Assembly (NCBI GenBank): GCA_036262035.1
Contig: DATAJS010000010.1
Span: 724,915 to 788,914 of the forward strand
Source: Burkholderiales bacterium
GTDB taxonomy: Bacteria > Pseudomonadota > Gammaproteobacteria > Burkholderiales > SG8-41
DNA: 64,000 bases
Direction of reading: 5' to 3'
The notes beneath the pieces were generated by a model. It searched no databases. It was given only the letters and a program-made list of their open reading frames with translations, and was not told the origin of the DNA. Both the position numbers and the translations under genes were made by a program. Positions 12,530-21,427 of the stretch are shown one piece after another. The first letter of the stretch is position 1. Every line of letters starts with the position of its first letter.

Positions 12530-12575
12530 CCGGGTCAGAGTCACATTTCCATTCCGTAATCCGACTCTGACCCGG
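12530..12575. repeat. REP-like hairpin (ccgggtcagagtc stem, 20-nt loop) between convergent genes
   Basis: 13-bp perfect inverted repeat ccgggtcagagtc/gactctgacccgg. Same element near 24718 (opposite orientation) and 62945. Confidence 0.75.
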
Positions 12576-12658
12576 ATTTGAGCCGCGGGTCGGCCATGAC
12601 TTTCTTGTTCACGCTGTCGCGGTGACGGCGTGACTTGAAAGCGATATTCGAGAACACC

Positions 12659-13696
12659 CTATCCCGCGCGGCGGCGGAATTTCTGGAACGCGTGGGGCTT
12701 GAGCGGCGCCATGCGCTTGACCGCGCCCGCGTTGAACACCACCTCGCCGACGTACATGTCGCCGCGTTTGTCGACCCACAGGCCATGCGGCGCGATGAAG
12801 TTGCCCGGCAGCACCGGGTTCTCGCCGCCGACGCGCGCGGAGACATTGCCGTCGGGATCCATCACGGTCACGCGCGCGATCGGCGAATGGCCGCACGGCG
12901 GATAGATCATCGTCTCGTCGTGCGCCGGCAGCGGACCTTCCGAGCGCTTCATCATGTAGTTGTGGAAACCGCCTTCGGCGATGTGCAGCAGGTCCTGGTC
13001 GTCGATGAAGATGTCGTACGGACGGTTGAGCAGCACCGATCCCGTGCGGCCCCACTCGCGCAGGTAGCGGCCTTCTCCGTCGAACACCTGCACGCGCGAG
13101 TTCTCGCGATCGGCCACGTAGACGTGCCCCGCGCTGTCCACCGCGATGCCGTGCGGCAGCATGAACTCGCCGGGCCCGCTGCCTTTCTCGCCCCACGAGA
13201 AGAGGAGCTTGCCGTCCTTCGAGTACTTGTGGACGCGCGCGTTGCCGTAGCCGTCGGCGATGTACAGGTCGCCGCTCGGCAGCGTCGCCACGTTCGTCAC
13301 CCGGTTGAAAGGCCCCGCGGCGCGCTTGACCGGGCTCTTGCCGACCTCGTAACCGGTGTCGGAAGGCTTGCCCGACTCGCCGAGCGTCATGAGCCGCTCG
13401 CCGTCGGCGGTGAACTTGTGGACCGTATGGTCCTTGTCGTCGGCGAGCCAGAGCGAGTCGTCGCGGTCGATGAAGATGCCGTGCGGGTTCTTGAAGACGC
13501 CCTTGCCCCAGGCGTTCAGGAACCGGCCGTCCTTGTCGAAGACGATGACGGGATACGCGCCGCGGTTGAAGACGTAGACGCGGTCGCGCGAATCGCACGC
13601 CACACCCGCCACTTCGACGTAGGCGTAACTCTCGTCCGGGAGCCTGTCCCAGCCTTCGAGCGCTTCGAACTCGATCTTGTGGTTACCGGTGGCCAT
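12659..13696 (-). CDS. NHL-repeat beta-propeller protein
   Basis: Internal ATG with GAGGA RBS. Repeated YVAD/LYIADxxN blades (HVYVADRENSRVQVF, DLYIADGYGNARVHKY). Confidence 0.75.
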   Translation of the reverse strand: MATGNHKIEFEALEGWDRLPDESYAYVEVAGVACDSRDRVYVFNRGAYPVIVFDKDGRFLNAWGKGVFKNPHGIFIDRDDSLWLADDKDHTVHKFTADGERLMTLGESGKPSDTGYEVGKSPVKRAAGPFNRVTNVATLPSGDLYIADGYGNARVHKYSKDGKLLFSWGEKGSGPGEFMLPHGIAVDSAGHVYVADRENSRVQVFDGEGRYLREWGRTGSVLLNRPYDIFIDDQDLLHIAEGGFHNYMMKRSEGPLPAHDETMIYPPCGHSPIARVTVMDPDGNVSARVGGENPVLPGNFIAPHGLWVDKRGDMYVGEVVFNAGAVKRMAPLKPHAFQKFRRRAG

Positions 13697-13772
13697 AGTG
13701 TCCTCAGCGTAGCACGGCTTTCCGGAGTCTTTGCCGTTAAACTGAACGCAAAACGGCCGACCGGGAGGAGCC

Positions 13773-14741
13773 ATGATGAGATTCATCGGGCGCAGCGTGA
13801 CGGTTGCTGCGTGCGCGCTTGTCGTCTTGCCCGCGTGGAGTCAATCGTATCCGGCCAAGCCGGTGCGCGTCATCATCGGGTTTTCACCCGGCAGCACGAC
13901 CGACCTCATCGGCCGCGTCGCGGCGATGAAGATGGGCGAGTTCCTCGGGCAGCCGGTCGTCGTCGACAACCGTCCGGGCGCGGGTGCGAACCTCGCCGCG
14001 GAGATCGTCGCTAAAGCGGCGCCCGACGGCTACACGGTGCTCCTCGCGAACGCCGGCGTCGCGACCGGCGCGACGGCGTACGTGAAGCTCAACTTCAACG
14101 CGCTGCGCGACTTCGCGCCGGTGAGCCAGATCTCGGCGACGCCGCACATCCTCGTCATCCATCCTTCGCTGCCGACCAGGACGGTGAAAGAGCTCATCGC
14201 GTTCGCGAAAGCGCGGCCGGGGCAGCTCAACTTCGCTTCGACGGGGCACGGCAACTCCGACCATCTCGCCGCGGAGCTCTTCATGTACATGACCGGCATC
14301 AAGATGGTGCACGTGGCCTACAAAGGCGGGCCGCAGGCGATCGGCGACATCCTGACGGGACAGGTCGCGATGTACTTCGCGGGCGTGCCGGTCTCGATAC
14401 CGTTCGTGAAGAACGGCAAGGTCCGCGCGCTGGGACTCACCGACGCGAAGCGCGCACCGGTGCTGCCCGACGTGCCGACGATCGCCGAGGCCGGCGTCCC
14501 CGGTTACGAGCACATCCTGTGGAGCATGCTCCTCGTCCCCGCGGCGACGCCGAAGGACGTCATCGCGCGCCTCAACGACGCGGCGGTGAAGGCGCTCAAC
14601 GCGTCCGACGTGAAGGACCGTTACGCCGGCATGGGCGTCGATCCCGCGCCGACCACGCCCGATCGCGCGCTGGCGTATCTGAAGAGCGAGACCGCGAAAT
14701 ACGCGAAGGTGGTGAAGGCGATCGGGCTGCGGATCGAATGA
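13773..14741 (+). CDS. TctC/Bug-family periplasmic solute-binding protein
   Basis: GGGAGGAG RBS. MMRFIGRSVTVAACALVVLPAWSQSYPAKPVRVIIGFSPGSTTD...APDGYTVLL. Confidence 0.85.
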   Translation: MMRFIGRSVTVAACALVVLPAWSQSYPAKPVRVIIGFSPGSTTDLIGRVAAMKMGEFLGQPVVVDNRPGAGANLAAEIVAKAAPDGYTVLLANAGVATGATAYVKLNFNALRDFAPVSQISATPHILVIHPSLPTRTVKELIAFAKARPGQLNFASTGHGNSDHLAAELFMYMTGIKMVHVAYKGGPQAIGDILTGQVAMYFAGVPVSIPFVKNGKVRALGLTDAKRAPVLPDVPTIAEAGVPGYEHILWSMLLVPAATPKDVIARLNDAAVKALNASDVKDRYAGMGVDPAPTTPDRALAYLKSETAKYAKVVKAIGLRIE

Positions 14742-15556
14742 TGACCTCATTTCCCGGCAACCGGCGCATCGCCGTCGTCTTCAACGTTTGCCTCGAAGCC
14801 TGGTCGGACGGCAAGGCGCCGGGCATCAGCCCGATGGGCAACCCGCTGCCGGCGGGCGTGCTCGACAACATGGCGATCTCGTGGGCGGCGTACGGCGCCC
14901 ATCGCGGCATCTATCGCCTGCTCGAAGGCTTCGCCCGTCACGGCGCGAAGGCGAGCGTCATGACGAGCGCGGTGCTCGCGGAGCGGTCGCCGGCCGCGGT
15001 CAAGGCAGTCGCCGACGCCGGACACGAGGTGCTCTCGCACTCGTACGCGATGGACGCCATCCCCGCGCTCATGAACGAGGACGAGGAGCGCGCCAACATC
15101 AGGCGCTGCACGTCGCTGCTCGAAGAATGCTCGGGCCGGCGCGTGCGAGGCTGGCTGAGCCCGCGCGCGACGCCGAGCGCGAGCACGCCTCGGCTGCTCG
15201 CCGAAGCAGGCTACACGTGGTACGGCGACACCCTGGCGGACGATCTGCCTTCTGTCGAAACGTTCGGTGAGCGTCGTATCGTCGCAATCCCGCTCTCCAC
15301 CGACGTCAACGACATGCCTTCGATGAAATACGGCCACCCGCCGCAGCGCATGCTGGAGAGCTTCGAGGACGTGCTCGATCGCGTGACCAGGCACGAGCGC
15401 GGGCCGGTCATCGTCGATGCGACGGTCCACGCGCACATCTTCGGGCGCCCGCACGGCGCGCATTACTTCGAGCGCATCGTCGAGATCGCCGCGAAGACGC
15501 CGGAGATCTGGGTGCCGACACGACTGGAGATCGCCGAGCATGTTCTGGGTCAATAG
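14738..15556 (+). CDS. polysaccharide deacetylase family (NodB-homology) hydrolase
   Basis: ATGATGA overlap with the Bug stop. Starts MMTSFPGNRRIAVVFNVCLEAW (NodB-homology family call). Confidence 0.75.
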   Translation: MMTSFPGNRRIAVVFNVCLEAWSDGKAPGISPMGNPLPAGVLDNMAISWAAYGAHRGIYRLLEGFARHGAKASVMTSAVLAERSPAAVKAVADAGHEVLSHSYAMDAIPALMNEDEERANIRRCTSLLEECSGRRVRGWLSPRATPSASTPRLLAEAGYTWYGDTLADDLPSVETFGERRIVAIPLSTDVNDMPSMKYGHPPQRMLESFEDVLDRVTRHERGPVIVDATVHAHIFGRPHGAHYFERIVEIAAKTPEIWVPTRLEIAEHVLGQ

Positions 15557-15641
15557 GTCGTCGCGAGGAGGCAATGCCGACGACGCGACCTCGTGGCGCA
15601 CGGCGCGTCAAATCCGCCGGCCTCAAGCTCGACTGACGCGT

Positions 15642-15731
15642 CGTCATTCCCGCGAATGCGGGAATCCATTTTGATCCGTGCCTTTGAAAAAGATTCCCGA
15701 TAGCTCCGGCTGCCGCCGTTCGGGAATGACG
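15642..15731. repeat. family-1 MITE-like palindromic element (cgtcattcccgcgaaNgcgggaatccattttga ... cgggaatgacg)
   Basis: Terminal inverted repeats cgtcattccc/gggaatgacg, internal hairpin attcccgcgaaNgcgggaat. About 10 copies in this window. Confidence 0.8.
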
Positions 15732-15736
15732 AAGCC

Positions 15737-16438
15737 TCACAAAGCGAGGTAGCGGTGCACGACCTCCTCGTTCGCCCACAGTTCTTCCAGCGCACCCGAA
15801 TAGCGGATCGTGCCTTTCTCCATGATGTAGCCGCGATCGGCGACGCGCCGGGCGAACTTGACGTTCTGATCGGCGATGAGGAGGGTCACGCCTTCGGCGC
15901 GGATCTCGTGGATCGCGTCCATCAGGGTCTTCACCATCAGCGGTGAAAGTCCTTCCGACGGCTCGTCGAGGATGAGCAGCGCCGGGTTGCCCATCAGCGC
16001 GCGGCCGATGGCGAGCATCTTCTGCTCGCCGCCCGACAGGCCCGAGCCGCCCTTGCGTCGCAGCTCCGCCAGCGCGGGAAACAACTCGAACACGCGCTGG
16101 CGCGTCCAACGGCCTTCGCGCTTGACGACGCGGCTGGCGATGTCGAGGTTCTCCTCCACGGTGAGGTCGACGAAGATGCGCCGGTCGTCGGGGACGTAAC
16201 CGATGCCGAGCCGCGCGATCTCGAACGTCGCGCGTGCCGCGATCGGTATTCCCATGAACTCCACGCTGCCGCTGCGCGGCGGCGTGAGCCCCATGATGCT
16301 GCGGAGCGTCGTGCTCTTGCCCGCGCCGTTGCGGCCGAGGAGGCACACGACTTCGGCCTCGTTCACCTCGAGCGACACGCCGTGCACGACCGCGCCGACG
16401 CCGTAGCCCGTGACGAGGTCGCGCACGCCGAGGATCAC
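15737..16438 (-). CDS. livF: branched-chain amino acid ABC transporter ATP-binding protein (LivF-like)
   Basis: GTG start overlapping the livG stop. GRNGAGKST Walker A, LSGGEQ signature. Confidence 0.85.
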   Translation of the reverse strand: MILGVRDLVTGYGVGAVVHGVSLEVNEAEVVCLLGRNGAGKSTTLRSIMGLTPPRSGSVEFMGIPIAARATFEIARLGIGYVPDDRRIFVDLTVEENLDIASRVVKREGRWTRQRVFELFPALAELRRKGGSGLSGGEQKMLAIGRALMGNPALLILDEPSEGLSPLMVKTLMDAIHEIRAEGVTLLIADQNVKFARRVADRGYIMEKGTIRYSGALEELWANEEVVHRYLAL

Positions 16439-17190
16439 GCGGCTTCCTCCCCGAGGTAGACCTCGCGCACCGCTGTGTTCGCGCGAATCTCGTCGGGCGT
16501 GCCTTCCGCGAGGAGCCGCCCGCGATCGAGCACGACGATCCATTCCGCGAGCGAGAACACCGCGTCCATGTCGTGCTCGACGATGACGAAGGTCGTGCGG
16601 CGCTCGACCGAGAGCCTGCGCACGAGCGCGAGCACGGTCTGGCGCTCGACGGAGGTCAGCCCCGACGAAGGCTCGTCGAGAAAGCACAGCTCGGGCCTGG
16701 GAGCGATCGCGATGCCGAGCTCCAGCAGGCGCTGGTCGCCGTGCGAGAGGACGCCTGCGGGCGTGTCTTCCACCTCGTGCAACCCGATCTCCGCGAGGAT
16801 GCCGCGCGCTTCCGCGATGCCTTCGGTCTCGCGCTCCCAGCGGTGCAGCGAGACGCGCGTGCACCCGCGGCGCGCGAGCACGGGGAGCAGGATGTTCTGC
16901 AGCACCGTGAGCCGCGCGAAGACGTTGATGATCTGGAACGAGCGCGACACGCCTTTGCGGATGCGGTCGTGCACCGCGAGCCTGGTGATCGCTTCGCCTT
17001 TGAAGCGCACTTCACCCGAATCCGGCATCAGCGCGCCGGTGACGAGGTTGATCGCCGTCGTCTTCCCCGCGCCGTTGGGTCCGATGATCGCGGTGAGCCT
17101 GCCCTCCGGCAGGGACACGGTCAGCCCGTCGACGGCGGTGAAGTTGCCGAAACGTTTGGTGACAGTGTTTACCGCGAGCAACTCGCTCAT
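16435..17190 (-). CDS. livG: branched-chain amino acid ABC transporter ATP-binding protein (LivG-like)
   Basis: GPNGAGKTT Walker A, LSHGDQRLLE signature. ATGA overlap with the livM stop. Confidence 0.85.
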   Translation of the reverse strand: MSELLAVNTVTKRFGNFTAVDGLTVSLPEGRLTAIIGPNGAGKTTAINLVTGALMPDSGEVRFKGEAITRLAVHDRIRKGVSRSFQIINVFARLTVLQNILLPVLARRGCTRVSLHRWERETEGIAEARGILAEIGLHEVEDTPAGVLSHGDQRLLELGIAIAPRPELCFLDEPSSGLTSVERQTVLALVRRLSVERRTTFVIVEHDMDAVFSLAEWIVVLDRGRLLAEGTPDEIRANTAVREVYLGEEAA

Positions 17191-18167
17191 TTGGGGTCTG
17201 ACCCCGGCTTCATCGGGGTCTGACCCCGGTTTTTTCTAAACACGCTCATCACCCCTTCCGGGAATCCCATCACCAGCGCGACGACGATGATCCCGAACAC
17301 CAGCAGCCAGTACTCGGTGAAGCGCACGATGACGTCGCGGATGATGTAGAAGAGCGCCGCGCCGACGATCGGGCCGCCGAACGAATGGATGCCGCCGAGC
17401 AGGGTCGCCAGCACCGGCTCGGCGGAGGTGCTCCAGTGGGCGACCGGCGGCGTGATCGTGTTCTCGAGCGGCGAGAGCATCGCGCCGGCGAGCCCTGCGT
17501 AGACTCCGGCGATCGTGAACGCGACGAGGCGGTACTTGCGCACCGCGATGCCGGCGTAGGCCGCGCGCGTCTCGCTGTCGCGGATCGCCTGCAGCGCGAG
17601 CCCGAGCGGCGAGTGCACCAGCCGGCGCATCACGTAGATCGCGAGCAGCGACAGGGCGACGACCACGTAGTAGTACGCCTCGATCGCCGAGACGCTCACG
17701 CTGAACACCCCTGGAATCTCCAGCGGCGCGCGCGGGATGCCGACGAGCCCGTCGTCGCCGCCGGTGAAGTCGCGCCACTTCCACGCGACCGAATAGATCA
17801 TCATCCCGAACGCGAGCGTGAGCATCGAGAAATAGATGCGCGTGTGCCGCACCGAGAGCGCGCCGAGCACCAGCGCGAATACGCCGGCGATGACCACCCC
17901 GCCGATGAGGCCGAGGAAGAGATTGGGCACGACGAGCAGGATCTTCGCGCACGCGTAAGCGCCGACCGCGAAGAACCCCGCCTGGCCGAACGAAAGAAGG
18001 CCGGTGTAGCCGAACAGCAGGTTGAAGCCGAGCGAGAACACCGCCAGGATGAGGATGTGCATCACCAGATACACCGGATAGCGCCCGGCGACCCACGGCA
18101 GGAGGAGCAGGGCCAGCAGCAGCGCTGCGAGCGCGATGGCGAGGCGCGGCGAAATCCGGCCGCTCAT
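17187..18167 (-). CDS. livM: branched-chain amino acid ABC transporter permease (LivM-like)
   Basis: Internal ATG (MSGRISPRLAIALAALLL). Polytopic permease. Last ~15 codons are encoded by a ggggtctgaccccgg hairpin repeat. Confidence 0.8.
   Translation of the reverse strand: MSGRISPRLAIALAALLLALLLLPWVAGRYPVYLVMHILILAVFSLGFNLLFGYTGLLSFGQAGFFAVGAYACAKILLVVPNLFLGLIGGVVIAGVFALVLGALSVRHTRIYFSMLTLAFGMMIYSVAWKWRDFTGGDDGLVGIPRAPLEIPGVFSVSVSAIEAYYYVVVALSLLAIYVMRRLVHSPLGLALQAIRDSETRAAYAGIAVRKYRLVAFTIAGVYAGLAGAMLSPLENTITPPVAHWSTSAEPVLATLLGGIHSFGGPIVGAALFYIIRDVIVRFTEYWLLVFGIIVVALVMGFPEGVMSVFRKNRGQTPMKPGSDPK
17193..17236. repeat. REP-like element: two direct copies of ggggtctgaccccgg inside the livM 3-prime end
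   Basis: ttggggtctgaccccggcttcatcggggtctgaccccggtttttt. Confidence 0.7.
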
Positions 18168-19021
18168 CGGGCGAAGAGCCCTTCGGGCCGCACGAGCAGC
18201 ACCACGGCCATGATGACGAAGATGAAGAAAAGCTCGAACACCGGGAAGTACAGCGTGCCGTAGGCGGACAGCACGCCGACGATCAGCGAAGCCACGAACG
18301 CGCCCTTGAGGTTTCCCAGCCCGCCGATCACCGTGATGATGAACGCCTGGATGATCATGGCCGCACCGATGCCCGGCGCGGCGACACGCACCGGCGAGCC
18401 GATCGCGCCGCCGAGCGCCGCGAGCATCGCGCCCGCGACGAACACCCCCGAGAACACGCGCGGCACGTTGATGCCGATGGCGCTCGCCATCTCGCGGTCC
18501 GCCGCGGTCGCGCGCGAGATGCGCCCCCACCACGTCTTTTCGAACAGGAGCCACAGCAGCAGCGCGACGAGCAGCCCGACGGCGATCACGAAGACGTTGT
18601 AGACCGGGTAGGGCCGGCCGACGACGTTGAACGAGCCGTCGAGGAACGCCGGCATCGGCGGGATCTTGAACACGCCGCCCCAGATCAGCTTCACCGCGTC
18701 GTCGAGGATGAGGATGAAGCCGAAGGTGAGGAGCAGTTGGTACGCTTCGTCGACCTTGTAGAGCCTTCGCAGGAAACCGCGCTCCATGACGAAGCCGAGC
18801 GCGCCGGTGCCCAGAAGGCTCAGCAGGATCGCGAGCGCGAACGGCAGGCCCATCACGCCGTAGAACGTGTACGCGAGATACGCGCCGACCATGAAGAGGC
18901 TGCCGTGCGCGAAGTTCACGATGCGCAGGACGCCGAAGATGATCGTCAGCCCCGCGGAGATGAGCCACAGGTACATCGCGAGGGAGAGGCCGACCAATCC
19001 CTGGTAGACGGCGTTTTCCAC
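18164..19021 (-). CDS. livH: branched-chain amino acid ABC transporter permease (LivH-like)
   Basis: 285 aa polytopic permease, 4-nt overlap with the livM start. Confidence 0.85.
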   Translation of the reverse strand: MENAVYQGLVGLSLAMYLWLISAGLTIIFGVLRIVNFAHGSLFMVGAYLAYTFYGVMGLPFALAILLSLLGTGALGFVMERGFLRRLYKVDEAYQLLLTFGFILILDDAVKLIWGGVFKIPPMPAFLDGSFNVVGRPYPVYNVFVIAVGLLVALLLWLLFEKTWWGRISRATAADREMASAIGINVPRVFSGVFVAGAMLAALGGAIGSPVRVAAPGIGAAMIIQAFIITVIGGLGNLKGAFVASLIVGVLSAYGTLYFPVFELFFIFVIMAVVLLVRPEGLFAR

Positions 19022-19025
19022 GCTA

Positions 19026-19136
19026 TGTCATCGCGAGGAGGCCGTCAGGCCGACGAAGCGATCCCGTGCCGCACGGTCACGTAACGGCCGTGCCGGGATT
19101 GCTTCGGCGCCTTGCGCCTCGCAATGACCGTCGTAG
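19026..19136. repeat. family-3 palindromic intergenic repeat
   Basis: gtcatcgcgaggaggccgtcaggccgacgaagcgatcccgtgccgcacgg...cttcggcgccttgcgcctcgcaatgac between livK and livH. Confidence 0.75.
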
Positions 19137-19145
19137 GTGCGACGG

Positions 19146-20411
19146 TCACTTCGCCGCCGACACCGGCGTGAACGGCGGATGCCGGTAGTAATCCTTCGCC
19201 GGGAAGATCTTGAGATCGCCCAGCACCGCGATGGGAAAGCGCGGATCGATCACCGGACGCCCGGCCGGCACGTTGTAGATGAACTGGTGGTCGGCGTCGC
19301 GGAACACGCGCACGCCGCCGGGATTGCGGATGTTCATCCCCTTCATCGCGTCGATGACGCGGCTGGTTTCCACGCTGCCGGCTTTCTCGACCGCGGCCTT
19401 CATGATGAAGAACGCCGAGTACGTCGTCTCCGCCGAGTAGTTGGGCAGGCGCTTCCAGCGCTTCTGGAAGCGCTCGATGAACTGCTTGTTCTCGACGGTA
19501 TCCGGCCAGTTGTGGATGTAGCGCGCGGTCGCCCAGAGCTTGCCCTTGAAGCGGTCGGCCTTCACTTCGTTGGTGATGCCTTCGAGCACGTCGACCGAAC
19601 CGCCCATCGCCTGCCACCATGCCTGGGTGTTGTCGAACACACCCTGCAGCAGCGCCTGCCGCAGGAGCTGCACCGCTTCGCCGGCCCACGGCGTCGCGAA
19701 GATCGCGTCGGGTTTCTGCGCCATCACCGCCGAGATGTGCGGCGAGAAATCGAGCGTGAGGAAAGGCGCCCACGCTTCGCCGACGAACTCGACGTCGGGC
19801 CGGAACTTCTTGAGCGTCTCCTTGAAGAGGTTCCACGACACGTAGCCGTATTCGTAGTCCGCGCCGATGTTCGCCCAGCGCTTGATGTCCTTGCGGTCCT
19901 TGAAGATGAGCGCGGCGATGATGGCGTCCTGGTAGACCGGCACGCTCACGCGCACGATCTCGCGCATGCCTTTCTGCGCGACGAGCTCCTCGGTGAGACG
20001 GTGCGTCGCCGCGTGGGTGAAGAACTCGATGCGCTTGAGCTCCGCGAGGACCGGCGCGATCGCCATCGCGACGCCGGAGGAATCGGTGCCGACGAGGAAG
20101 TGCGCGCCCCAGTCGGTCACCAGCATCCGCGCATTGCGCACACCGGTCGCGGCCTTGTTCTCGTCGTCCATGAAGCGCACCTCGACCTTGCAGCCGAGGA
20201 TGCCGCCGGCGGCGTTGATCTCTTCCATCGCCATGATCGAGCCCATCTCGATCTGGCGGCCGTAGTCGGAATGAGGGCCGGACGCCGCGCCTTGCGCGCC
20301 GACCTTGATCGCCGGGACGCCGACCTTGCACTGCGAATATGTCGGACTGCAGAAGAAAGCGAGGACGAGAAGCAGAAACGGAACGTACGACACCGAGCGC
20401 CTGGCGTTCAT
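19146..20411 (-). CDS. livK: ABC transporter periplasmic substrate-binding protein (Leu/Ile/Val or amide-binding family)
   Basis: Internal ATG with GGAGGGGGG RBS. MNARRSVSYVPFLLLVLAFF signal peptide. Type-I PBP fold family. Head of the liv operon. Confidence 0.8.
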   Translation of the reverse strand: MNARRSVSYVPFLLLVLAFFCSPTYSQCKVGVPAIKVGAQGAASGPHSDYGRQIEMGSIMAMEEINAAGGILGCKVEVRFMDDENKAATGVRNARMLVTDWGAHFLVGTDSSGVAMAIAPVLAELKRIEFFTHAATHRLTEELVAQKGMREIVRVSVPVYQDAIIAALIFKDRKDIKRWANIGADYEYGYVSWNLFKETLKKFRPDVEFVGEAWAPFLTLDFSPHISAVMAQKPDAIFATPWAGEAVQLLRQALLQGVFDNTQAWWQAMGGSVDVLEGITNEVKADRFKGKLWATARYIHNWPDTVENKQFIERFQKRWKRLPNYSAETTYSAFFIMKAAVEKAGSVETSRVIDAMKGMNIRNPGGVRVFRDADHQFIYNVPAGRPVIDPRFPIAVLGDLKIFPAKDYYRHPPFTPVSAAK

Positions 20412-20560
20412 GATGCCCCCCTCCGTTGGGTGAGCCACCGAGTGGCGTGAGGACTGTATGAAGGATGGCCCGGCGCTGTCAATGACCCCCGTCGTCCCGG
20501 ACGCGCGCGCAGCGCGCGATCCGGGATCCAGTTTGATTTTCAATTTAATATCCCGATTCA

Positions 20561-20592
20561 AAAATGGATCCCCGCCTTCGCGGGGATGACGG
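20561..20592. repeat. partial family-1 element
   Basis: aaaatggatccccgccttcgcggggatgacgg, immediately upstream of the PPOX start. Confidence 0.6.
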
Positions 20593-20606
20593 ACAGGGAG
20601 GACTGC

Positions 20607-21236
20607 ATGGACTCGATCGATCAGCAGCACCGCATCAGCGACGTGGCTACCCTCGAAGCGCTCTACGGTCACCCCTCCGGCGCGGCGGTCGAAAAGGAGC
20701 TCAACTACATCCACCCGCATTACCGGGCGATGATCGAGGCGTCGCCGTTCGTCGTGCTCGCGACGAGCGGCCCGGAAGGGCTCGATACCTCGCCGCGCGG
20801 CGACGAGCCGGGTTTCGTCGTCGTCGACGACGAGAAGACGGTGCTGATCCCCGACCGCCGCGGCAACAACCGCGCGGACAGCCTGCGCAACATCATCTCC
20901 AACCCCTATGTCGCGCTGCTGTTCCTGATCCCCGGCGTGGGCGAGACGCTGCGGGTGAACGGCCGCGCGATCGTCTCGACGGCACCGGGTTTGCTGGAGC
21001 GATTCAGCGTCGGCGGCAAGCTTCCGCGCTCGGTGATCGTCGTCAGCGTCGATACGGTGTTCTTCCAGTGCTCGCGCGCGGTTTGGCGCGCGAAGCTCTG
21101 GGACGCCGGCAGTCAGGTCGACCGCAAGAGCCTGCCGAGCACGGGAACGATCGTCGGCGACATCAGTCAGTCCCGTATCGACCCGGCGAAATACGACGAC
21201 GGGTTGTACGAGCGCCTGAAGTCCTCACTGTATTGA
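20607..21236 (+). CDS. pyridoxamine 5-phosphate oxidase-like FMN-binding split-barrel flavoprotein
   Basis: GGGAGGA RBS before MDSIDQQHR. PPOX class fold-like (PFVVLATSGPEGLDTSPRGD). Confidence 0.7.
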   Translation: MDSIDQQHRISDVATLEALYGHPSGAAVEKELNYIHPHYRAMIEASPFVVLATSGPEGLDTSPRGDEPGFVVVDDEKTVLIPDRRGNNRADSLRNIISNPYVALLFLIPGVGETLRVNGRAIVSTAPGLLERFSVGGKLPRSVIVVSVDTVFFQCSRAVWRAKLWDAGSQVDRKSLPSTGTIVGDISQSRIDPAKYDDGLYERLKSSLY

Positions 21237-21253
21237 AGCGGCAGGAGTCGGTT

Positions 21254-21427
21254 ATGGCGGACAAACCTCAGCGTTGCGCGCACAGCGCGTGCAAGTGCAC
21301 GGTCAGCGAAGGACAGAAGTACTGCAGCAAACACTGCGAAGAGCACGCGAAGATGAACGACCCCGAAGGCAAGGTGTTGTGCGGGTGCGGCCATCCGGAG
21401 TGCGGAGCGACCGAAGCCGCCTCGTAG
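21254..21427 (+). CDS. bacterial metallothionein (SmtA/BmtA family-14-like), 57 aa, 8 Cys + 4 His
   Basis: AGGAG RBS. MADKPQRCAHSACKCTVSEGQKYCSKHCEEHAKMNDPEGKVLCGCGHPECG reproduces the SmtA pattern CxxxxCxCxV...YCSxxCxxxH...CGCGHxxC. Confidence 0.6.
   Translation: MADKPQRCAHSACKCTVSEGQKYCSKHCEEHAKMNDPEGKVLCGCGHPECGATEAAS

Noticed and set aside
20411-20607. AT-rich stretch (tttgattttcaatttaatatcccgattcaaaaatgg) between divergent livK and PPOX-like genes as a special element
   Set aside because: Most simply the shared divergent promoter region. It is AT-rich relative to the genome but has no repeat structure beyond the adjacent partial family-1 copy
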